From Blepharisma stoltei ATCC 30299 (lineage: Eukaryota > Protista > Ciliophora): a stretch of 64,000 nucleotides of DNA. Below the pieces are notes generated by a model. That model worked only from the letters and a program-made list of their open reading frames with translations. It searched no databases and was not told the DNA's origin. Within the stretch, counting starts at the first letter, position 1, and each line of letters begins with the position of its first letter. The position numbers and the translations under genes were made by a program. Positions 35,220-45,764 of this stretch are shown here, piece after piece. Location of the stretch: positions 682,001 to 746,000 of the forward strand of contig CBFDEM010000036.1 of NCBI GenBank assembly GCA_965603825.1, in the 5' to 3' direction.

Positions 35220-37076
35220 TTAATTAGATATAAACGTCCATCCTGTGACTTGATTGGACTTATCTCCAAACTGGCTCATGTCTCCATAAACTTTTTCATT
35301 TGGTATCACTACATTGTCAATAGGTATCCTATTTGGCAGTGAAGGTCTTAGTTCTCTCCTTAAGACTGATTCCCAGTTTACTCCATAAAAATATCGATGC
35401 TCTTTTACTTCTTCAGCGTCTCTTTTTGTGCCTAATCTTTTTGAAGGATCTCTTTGTAAAAGCTACATATTAATTACGTCTTTTAACAAGTCTTTGGTTT
35501 CTTGAGTAAAGTGAGAAGGGATTTTTAATAAACCTCTTTGGATATTTCTAAAAAGCTCTTCTCGGTTGGGAGAAAAATAAGGAGGAGTCCCTGCAAGCAT
35601 TTCATATAGCAAAACTCCTAGCAAATATCAGTCAACTGCTTTTCCGTGCCCTTGCCGCTTAATCATCTCAGGTGCTAAATAAGCGACAGATCCACAGAAA
35701 CTTCTCGCTGTCACATTATCATATATCCCTTCTTTGGAAAGTCCAAAATCTGTAAGCATGGCATGACCTTCTTCATCCAATACTATATTATCTGGCTTTA
35801 AGTCTCTAAAAATAATGTCACGCTTATGCAGCTCTTCTAAAGCTAGAAGTACTTCACATATATATATTTTTGCCAATGGCTCTGAAAATCTCTTTTCCTT
35901 GTTTAAATAAACCCCTAAATCTCCTCTTTGACAATAATCTAAAATTAAAAATAGCTTTTCAGGTGTTTGAAAAGCATAGTTTAGCGACACTATAAAAGGA
36001 TGCCTTATATAGCTCAATACATTTCTCTCAGTCATTGCATATTTTATCAAATTCTGTCCCATAATTTTGTCTTTCCTCAATACTTTCATAGCATAATAGT
36101 TCATGCTGTCTCTTTTTCTGACCAAATAGACGTCTCCAAAACTCCCTTTTCCAAGCTCTTGTATGACCTCAAAATCAATTGGGGTGACTCTTCCGCTTTC
36201 TTTGTTTTCTTCTATATTGGTTAAGTCGCTGATTTGGACTCTTCGAGGCTCTGAGGGAAACCTTTCATGAGATCTAGACAGTGGCGCCATTCCTAAAATT
36301 GGAATAGGCAAGTTCAGTCTTCGGCAATATTCTTTGAAGATATCTAAAATCTCAATGGAGTTGGCAACATCTGGAGAAGTTCTGCCAGAGTTATTTTTGA
36401 TGAAGATGTTAGGACCACGGGTTAAGAGTCATAGAACAAGCTGCCGATGACCTTTTTCAGAAGCGAAATGCAAAGCGGTGTTTCCATCAATATCAACTAA
36501 ATTTAAATCAGCTCCAGAACGAACTAATAACTGAGCTACTCCAGTGTGTCCGCCTAAGCAAGCTAGGTGCAAAGGAGTCCTTTTCAAGACATTAGTAACA
36601 TTAAGATTTGTATTAACCCCATAATCCAAAAGCACTTCACAAACACTTAAAAACCCTTCATGGGCTGCAATATGCAGTGCAGTTATTCCTTGTTCATCTT
36701 GTGAATTTGAATCTGCAACAAAATCGCCATGAATTTCTTGATCAAGAAGGTTTTTACAATGTTCAGGATTATTTTGCGCCGCTGCTTCCCATAATTCAAG
36801 ATTTGATTTCTGGGTATGGGAAAATGGGATATGAGTAGCTGGTGTGCTCGGCATTGCTGGGATTTTTTGTGCGAGCATAGAGTCTGACCCTTCGCTTACA
36901 GAACCTAAAAATGAATCTGAGATTGATTCTCGAGTTATACAAAAAAGAGAGTCTGGGGTGGTTACAGTAGTCGAGTGCTTAGTTTCTTCCTCTTCAAGGC
37001 TTTGGGTATTTTCTCTCTCTTTGAGTACTATGCTGCCTATAAAATTTTTTTGGCTTTTAAGCGCAGGTTTCTCCAT
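35220..37076 (-). CDS. ankyrin-repeat AGC Ser/Thr kinase, 613 aa; 1 intron
   Basis: TALHIAA, TPLHLAC, TALHFAS; GKGSFG, YAMK, FRDLKPDN, DFG, SFCGSVAYLAPE, AVD-W(TGA); intron 35463-35477. Confidence 0.92.
35463..35477 (-). other. 15-nt spliceosomal intron
   Basis: gtaattaatatgtag; in-frame TAG; removal gives DLLKD-LLQRDPSKRLG. Confidence 0.9.
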
Positions 37077-37594
37077 GATAGAAAGTAAAGAAAAGATTAT
37101 AAAATTAGAGTTAATGGTATGAAATTATTGTAGGAAAAAATTATGAATTGGAGTTAGGAACAAGCTCAATGTTTAGAGCGAGGAAGAGGCACATGTTGTT
37201 AATGTGGGCGAGCTATTTTATTAAAATCATTTTTTTAAGAAATCTCTTGAGTAAATTAATAATAGATTTAGAAAGGTTTCAGTATTGAGAGAAAAAAAAA
37301 TTATTATTGTGAAATATGATTTTAAAGTCTGTATAAACTTTTCAACCTATATATAAATAAAGCGAATCAGGCATCTTTTTCAATTTTCAGAAATGGGAGT
37401 TTTTGAAATTAAGATCCATAAGTCGCAAATCCTACTCTCTTAATATATTTTTATTGCACAAAATTAGCATTTACTTTATTGTCTTCTAATACAATATATT
37501 TTTCATCTTAGCTTAGGTGTTAAATCTTATTAATTCTTATTACTATTTTGTGAAGTAATAATAGACGAAACTCAATTTTATAACAAAAATTTAA

Positions 37595-40500
37595 TTATTT
37601 TTTCTGAATTAAAAATTGAAAATCGCGTATAATTGGCTTTTTGTTTCCACAGGATCCAAATATCACACAATCTTCTTTTAAACCTCCTCTCATTAGTTTG
37701 ACATGATCTCCTTGTTCAGAGTTTAAGTTCATGAATTCAAATTGGAAATCTCCTAAATTATCAATTTTACGTAAACTACAAAAATAATGAGCTGCAGGCT
37801 TTGTCAATATTTTAAGAACTCCATCAAAAATTTGTTTTTCTATTTGTCCTCCGGCTTCACTTTTAGGGTATTTATCAATAATTGGAGAATCGTATTTTAA
37901 TTTTTGAGATAAATTTTCTGTTTTATATCTTCCCAATAAATGGCTTATTTCATGAAGAAAAGTCACTAATATTGCCCCCTTTTGCAACTCAAAATCATCT
38001 ACTTCTGAGTAATTTGAGATGAATATAAAATCATTGCAAGTTGATTTACCAAAAACACCCTTAGGAAATTTTATCAAATATGTTTTTGTCAAAATTTCTT
38101 CAATAAAACCTTCATAATCCTCTTTATTTATCTCTACATTAGAAAGAACTTCACGGTAGCATTGCATAATAGTTGGAATTTTTGTAAATTCCTTGATTAA
38201 TATTTTTATATCGCTTCTAATCTCAACAATTCCAAAATCCACTGATGATTTATCAAAGGCGGAAAAGTAAAATTTAGTTTCTATCATATTAATGGGCGGC
38301 AAAGTCTCCTGGATGCTATAAAATGCGTCGATAATCAATGATTGCAGGATATGACTTTTTATAAAAAGCTTTTGCCATAGTTTATACATACTCTCAGTCA
38401 GCAGAATTATGAAAAATGGTTTTGTTGCATTAAAAACTGTACTAAAATCATCACATTTTTCGATTTCTAAAAGTTTATTCATCATTTCAGGTAAGTGAGT
38501 TAGGAAACATTTGATTGCTTTGGTTCAATTATATTCTACAGACTCAATAAGATAGTTATAATCATCTGGATACTTTTTTGAGTATTCTTCGCATAATATA
38601 TTATAGCTTGCTATATACTTTTTTCTTTGGTTTCATAGCTCAGAAATCGATGATTTCATTCAAAATTTCATTAAGCCTCCAAAAAGATTCGAGGACAGCA
38701 ATTTGATCATGTTTTTCAAGTCTGAATCTTCGGGTACAAAGTCTATGCTGATAATTTCTTCATTTGCTAAGCTTTCCATCTGATTAATTTGACTTCCTAA
38801 AGTATCATTGTAATTTGCAGGATCACTCATTAGCTCTGCCACATATTTATTTATTTTCTTCAAAAAATCAAAAAATAGGATGCTTGATGGGAGCTCTATA
38901 CTACGGATTCTTTCTTCAAGATTGTCTCATTTTTTAAAACTAATAAAGCTTGAAAAGCAATTTAGCAACGAATAAGTAATCCCTGAAAATCGAATGGTAG
39001 GGTCTCTAATTCAAGCATAACTATTGACGATTGTATAATTATTTATCAAAACTCTTGCTGATATATTTTTTTCTCCTAAATCGAACATAAATGTCTTTCT
39101 TAAAAACTCATCGATCAATTCTTCACCATAAGAAACGCTATTTTCGCTAAATCTTGATCTAGCATACTCTGTGGAAAATATTGCTTTAATTTTTGATATT
39201 TCTTCTTCGCTTAATTTTTTTGCAAAAGGAAAGTGAAAACGTGAGATTACTTTAATAGAATCAAATTCGTTAAGAAATAGGTTTTCTTTATTGGATAGCT
39301 TGATTGCTCTTACGAAATAGTCGTATATATAATAAAGAACTAGAAAAGATCCACCTTCAGGTTCCTTTAATTCCTTATAGCCATCTTCTTCAAGCTGTTT
39401 TCAAAACTTACTAAAATTAATACCATTTAATTTCTCAGATAGATCAAGCCAACTATTCTCTCGGCATGGATTTTCAGAAAGCAGTCAGCAAATTACCAAA
39501 AACATGCTTTTATGGTCTAAAAATTCCATAGAGCTAGAAAATGCTGAAACAGCTTTTTCAATATGAAGATAAAACTCAGCTAATTGTCTGTAATTTTTTC
39601 AGTCACGAGGTAGAGGTGAAGTTATTGCCCATAATTTTGTATAATCTAATTGAAATGGCTCGTATTGAACAATATTGTTTTCTTTTCAGTACACATAATT
39701 CAAATTTAGTGCTTTAAAACCTTGAATAAGGCTATTTTCATTTAAAATTGCATTTTCAAATAAAAATTGAGCTGCTTCATTACTTACAAAATACAATGGC
39801 ATGCCAAGAAGGGTATTTAGTCTATTTCTTATATAAGGTATCTCGATTTCATTCATATATGTTTTTTTTCCCTTCTTCTCTTTCTCTTCCACCTCCTCTT
39901 TCTTTTTTATATTTTTTTTCTTCTTCGTCTTCTTCTTCGTCTTCTTCTTCGTCTTCTTCTTTGCACTTTTCTTTGTCTTTTTAGTTCGTTTTTCTTTCTG
40001 TTTTTCTTCCTCTTCCTCTTTTTCTTCGTATTCATTATTCCTCTGTCTTTTTAGAGGCAAATCTATAGTATTTTCTTTATCTATATATTTTTGTATTAAA
40101 ATCTCATAAAACTGTTCAGCAAACGCTAAAAGCATACAAAGTTTATGTTTTGGATTAGGCCCATTAAAGCTAATATTTAAAAGGATACAGCTGTTTGAGA
40201 GAAGGTATCCTACTTCAGTCTCATACAAGAAATTAGACCAATATGTATGATTTAACGCTTCTTCTAAACTCTCATCAAAATTTTCAAAATCTGAATATAC
40301 ACCAAACAAATAAGAGAACAATGAAATCTTAATATACTTCTTAATTCATTCTTTGTCTGTTCCTGAAATATTCTCAGATGCACAGTCAAATTGCCTAGCT
40401 CGATTTTTGATGTATTCAAACTTAGATCTACAATATTCCTGTTTCAATTTCAAACATGCTATATCCCTCAAGCTTTCCAAGAAATATTCAAGAGCCTGAA

Positions 40501-40792
40501 AATCAAGCACAGAGCAATCGATATTAAATCCCTGAATTTGTTCAGCATAAAACAATACTAATTCCTTTTTTTCGTGAAAGGCCTTGCTTCCATTAGTAAT
40601 AAATCAAAATAAGTCACTAAGGAAGCTAATTTTCCAAGATTCTTTGGAATATTTCGTAGTAGAGGCTTCAGTAGCTTGCAGGTGCTGCATATTAGCTTTC
40701 AGAGTGCTATACTCTTGATTGCATGTGTACTTTTCAGGAATTTTCGAAAGCGCTTTGATTGCATTTACTAATTGGATTTCCATTTCACTCAT
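37595..40792 (-). CDS. array gene copy A: 1065-aa protein with three zincin-like modules and a C-terminal HExxH
   Basis: All minus-strand ORF fragments are in one frame from ATG 40792, separated only by TGA; LHEISH...SEAG...E..IFD; ends GSCG. Confidence 0.8.
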
Positions 40793-41198
40793 TTTTATTA
40801 GCATCCCCTATTTTATTTTAAATCTGCATTCTCTTATCAAAGACATTTTTATTTTAAAGCAGCTACATAGAAATTATCAAGTAAAAGAAAATAATATTTC
40901 AATTAACACTTAAATAATTGATTAAAGAATGCCAGTGCTTTTTGCAAATGACTCAGCAATATTATAGAGGCTTTGAGACACAATAAGTATTAAACCATCT
41001 ATATTATTAAGTACACAATTCTGCTTGTTAATATTAGCTCTCATAATCATTTAGTTTTAGGATTAGGAATTGATAAAATTATGGTTTTAAAAGTATAAAA
41101 ATACTTATTTTTAAAGAGGCTGGAGATAGGTTTGGATACGATCTTTAATAATGCAGAAATTTATTAAGAGATTTAAATTAAATTATTGAATACAAAAT

Positions 41199-41648
41199 TT
41201 AATTATTTTTCTGAATTAAAAATTGAAAATCGCGTATAATTGGCTTTTTGTTTCCACAGGATCCAAGTATTACGTAATCTTCATTTAAACCTCTTGGCAT
41301 TAGTTTGACATGATCTCCTGATTCAGAGTTTAAGTTGATGAATTCAAATTGGAAATCTCCTAAATTATCAATTTTACGTAAACTACACAAATAATGAGCT
41401 GCAGATTTCGTCAATTTTTCAGGAATTATATCAAATTTTTTTTTCTACTTAGAGTATTTATCAATAATTGGAGAATCGTGCTTTAATTTTTGAAATAAAT
41501 TTTCTGTTTTATATCTTCCCAATAAATGGCTTATTTCATGAAGAAAAGTCATAATATTGCTCCCTTTTGCAACTCAATATCATCTAATTCTGAGTAATTT
41601 GAGATGAATATAAAATTATTGCAAGTTTTTCTACCAAAAACACTCTTA
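41199..41648 (-). pseudogene. array copy B: 3'-terminal fragment with deletions and a frameshift
   Basis: Near-identical to the 3' end of copies A and C, with a 1-nt deletion near 41550 and loss of the SEAG segment; no upstream part. Confidence 0.8.
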
Positions 41649-41902
41649 ATAGAAGATTTAGAAAGGTTTCAGTATTAAGTGAATCAGGCATTTTTTCAAT
41701 TTTCAGAAATGGGAGTTTTTGAAATTGAGATCCATAGGTCGAAAATCCTACTCTCTTAATATATTTTTATAGCACTAAATTAGCATTTATTTTCTTATCT
41801 TCTAATTCAATATATTATTATCTTAGCTTAGGTGTTAAATCTTATTAATTCTTGTTGCTATTTTGTGAAGTAATAATAGACGAAACTCAATTTTATAACA
41901 AA
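41649..41902. repeat. duplicate of non-coding segment 37260-37590
   Basis: Shared gatttagaaaggtttcagtatt...ttttcagaaatgggagtttttgaaatt...cttagcttaggtgttaaatcttattaattctt...gacgaaactcaattttataacaaa, with an internal deletion. Confidence 0.85.
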
Positions 41903-42322
41903 CAATAAAAATTTTGGCTTAGAAATATAAAAATTCCTAAAGCAGAATTTGTTGTAAATTGTATTCTCTGATTTAAAATATAATATTTAGGAGAAGCATA
42001 TGATAGATGGTAAGCAAGAAAACGAGTCTGGTTAGGGATTTTCTCTTATTTTTGTTTGGAATCAATGGCAAAATAAGTATATACCAGTGCTTTTTGCAAA
42101 TGACTCATACTAATCTGCGGTATTGCAGAGCCTTTGAGACAAAGTATTATTAAGTATTATCTCTCATAATCATTTAGTTTTAGGACTAGAGATTGATAAA
42201 GTTGTGATTTTAAAAGTATAAAAATACTTATTTTTAAAGAGACTGGAGATAGGTTTAGATACGATCTTTAATGATGCAGAGATTTATTAAGAGATTTAAA
42301 TTAAATTTTCTAATACAAAAAT

Positions 42323-45300
42323 TTAATTATTTTTCTGAATTAAAAATTGAAAATCGCGTATAATTGGCTTTTTGTTTCCACAAGATCCAAGTATTACGTA
42401 ATCTTCATTTAAACCTCTCCGCGATAGGTTGACATGATCTCCTGATTCAGAGTTTAAGTTGACGAATTCAAATTGGAAATCTCCTAAATTATCAATTTTA
42501 CGTAAACTACACAAATAATGAGCTGCAGATTTCGTCAATTTTTCAGGAATTATATCAAAAATTATTTTTTCTATTTGTTTTCCTGCTTCACTTTTAGGGT
42601 ATTTATCAATAATTGGAGAATCGTACTTTAATTTTTGAGATAAATTTTCTGTTTTATATCTTCCCAATAAATGGCTAATTTCATGAAGAAAAGTCACTAA
42701 TATTGCCCCCTTTTGCAACTCAATATCATCTGTTTCTGAGAAGGTTGAGATGAATATAAAATTATTGCAAGTTGCTCTACCAAAATCACCCTTAGGAAAC
42801 TTTATCAAATATGTCTTTGCTAAAATTTCTTCAACAAAACCTTCATAATCCACTTCATTTATTTCTACATTAGAAATAACTTCACGGTAGCATTCCATTA
42901 TAGTAGGAATTTTTGTAAATTGTTTGATTAATATTTTTATGTCACTTCTGATCTCAACAATCCCAAAATCTACAGATGATTTATCAAAGGCGGAAAAGTA
43001 AAATTGAGTTTCTATCATATTAATGGGCCCTAAAGTCTCCTCAATGCTATAAAATGTGTCGATAATCAATGATTGCAGGATATGACTTTTTAGGAAAAGC
43101 TTTTGCCATAGCTCATACATATTCTGACTCAGCAGAGTTTTGAAAAATGGATTTGCCAGTCAAAAAACTTTACTTGCTTCTACACTTTTACTGATTCCTA
43201 AAAGTGTATTCATCATTTCAGGTAGGTGAACTAGGAAACATTTGATCGCTTTCGTTCAATCATATTCTGCAGAATTAATAAGATAGTTATAATCATCTGG
43301 ATACTCTTTTGAGTATTCTTTGCATAATTTGTTATAGCTTGCTATATACTTTTTTCTTTGAATTCATAGCGCACCAATTGTTTTTTTCATTCAAATTTTT
43401 TGTAAATCACCAAGAAGGGTTGAGGACATTAATTGTATCATATTTTTCAAGTCTGAATCTTCGGGTACAAAGTCTATGCTGATAATTTCTTCATTTGCGA
43501 AGCTTTCAATATGATTAATTTGATTTTCTAAAGTATCATTGTAATTTGCAGGATCAGCCATTAGCTCTGCGGCATATTTATTTATTTTCTTCAAAAAATC
43601 AAAAAATAGGATGCACGATGGAATCTCTATACTAAGGATTCTTTCTTCAAGATTGTTACATTTTTTAAAACTAATAAAGCTTGAAAAGCAATTTAGCAAC
43701 GAATACGTAATCCCTGAAAATCGAATGGTAGGGTCTCTAATTCAAGCATAACTGTTGACGATTGTATAATTATTTATCAAAACTCTTGCTGATGTATTTT
43801 TTTCTCCTAAATCGAACATAAATGTCTTTCTTAAAAACTCATCAAGCAATTCTTCATCATAAGAAAAACTATTTTCTCTATATCTTGATCTAATATACTC
43901 TGTGGAAAATATTGCTTTAATTTTTGATATTTCTTCTTCGCATAATTTTTTTGCAAAAGGAAAATTAAAGCGCGAAATGTTTGAAATAGAGTCAAATTCG
44001 TTAAGAAATAGATTTTGCTTATTGGAAAGCTTGATTGCTCTTACGAAATAGTCATATATATAATAAAGAGCTAGAAAATTTCCACCTTCAGATTCTTTTA
44101 ATTCTTTATAACCATCTTCTTCAAGCTGCTTTCAAAAACTACCAAATTTAATATCTGTTAATTTCTCACATAGTTTTCGCCAATAATGCTTTTGACATGG
44201 ATTTTCATAAAACAGTCAGCAAATTACCAAAAACATGCTTTTATGGTCTAAAAATTCCATAGAGCTAGAAAATGCTGAAATAGCTTTTTCGATATGAGGA
44301 TAAAACTCAGCTAATTGCTTTATTGATCTGATGCAATTTTTTCAGTCCCGAGGTAGATGTGAAATTATTGCCCATAATTTTGAATAATCTAATTGAAATG
44401 GCTCGTATTGAATGATATTGTTTTCTTTTCAGTGCTCAGGGTCTAAATTTACATCTTCAAAGTCTTGAATAAGCACATCTTTATTTGAAATTGTATATTC
44501 AAGTAAAAGTTGAGCTGCTTCATTACTTACGAAATATAATGGCATGTCAAGAAGGGTAGTTAGTCTATTTCTTATATGTAACTCCTCGATTTCATTCATG
44601 TATGCTTTTTCTTCTTTCTTCTCTTTCTCTTTTGCCTCCTTTTTCTTTTTAATATTTTTCTTCTTCTTCTTCTTTGCACTTTTCTTTGTCTTTTTAGTTC
44701 GTTTTTCTTTATTTTTTTCTTCTTCTTCTTCTTCTTCTTCTTCTTCTTCTTTTTTTTCTTCGTCTTCATCATTCCTCAGTCTTTTTAGTGGTAACTTTAT
44801 AATATTTTTTCTTTGTTTTAAAATTTTATAAAGCTGTTCACCAAATGCTAAAAGCATACAAAGTTTATGTTTTGGCTCAGGCCCATTAAATCTAATATTT
44901 AAAAGGATACAGCTGTCTGAGAGAAGATACCCTACTTCAGTCTCATACAAGAAATTAGACCAATATGTATGCTTTAGCACTTCTTCTAAACTCTCATCGA
45001 AATTTGCGAAATCTGGATCTTTATCAAACAAATAAGAGAACAATGAAATCTTAATATTCTTCCGAATTCATTCTTTGTCTATTTCTGAAATATGCTCAGA
45101 TGCACAGTCAATCTGCCTAGCTCGATTCTTGATGTATTCAAACTTAGATTTGCAATATTCCTGTTTCAATGTCAAACATGCCATATCCTTCAAGCTTTCC
45201 AAGAAATATGCAAGAGCTTGAAAATCAAGCACAGAGCAATCGATATCAAATCCCTGAATTTGCTCAATATAAAACAATGCTAATTCCTTTCATTCGTGGA

Positions 45301-45517
45301 AGACTTCGTTGCCTTCGTTAATAATAAATCGAAATAAGTCACTAAGAAAGCTAATTTTTCAAGATTCTTTGGAATATTTGTTAGTAGAGGCTTCACTAAC
45401 TCACAGGTGCTTTGAATTAGCTCTCAGAGTTTTATACTCTTGATTGCATATGTACTTTTCTGGAATTTTCGAAAGCGCTTCGATTGCATTTACTAATTGG
45501 ATTTCCATGTCACTCAT
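42323..45517 (-). CDS. array gene copy C: 1064-aa triple zincin-like protein
   Basis: ORF fragments all in frame from ATG 45517 with TGA=Trp; colinear with copy A; LHEISH...SEAG. Confidence 0.8.
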
Positions 45518-45764
45518 TTTATTAGGATTCCCCTATTTGATATTAAATCAGCATTCTCTTATCAAACACATTTTTATTTTGAAGCAGCTACATAGAAATA
45601 GCCAAGTAAAAGAAAATAATATTTCAATTAACACTTAAATAATTAATTAAAGAATGCTTGGGGTAATGAAAAATATTTATTTTTTAAAGAAGCTGGAGAT
45701 AAGTTTAGATGCGATCTTTAATGATACAGAAATTTATTAAGAGATTTAAAATTCAAATATTTAA

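Noticed and set aside
12471-45517. TGA-interrupted genes as pseudogenes or selenoproteins
   Set aside because: The TGAs fall at conserved Trp positions and interchange with TGG in paralogues; they are not at catalytic Cys sites.
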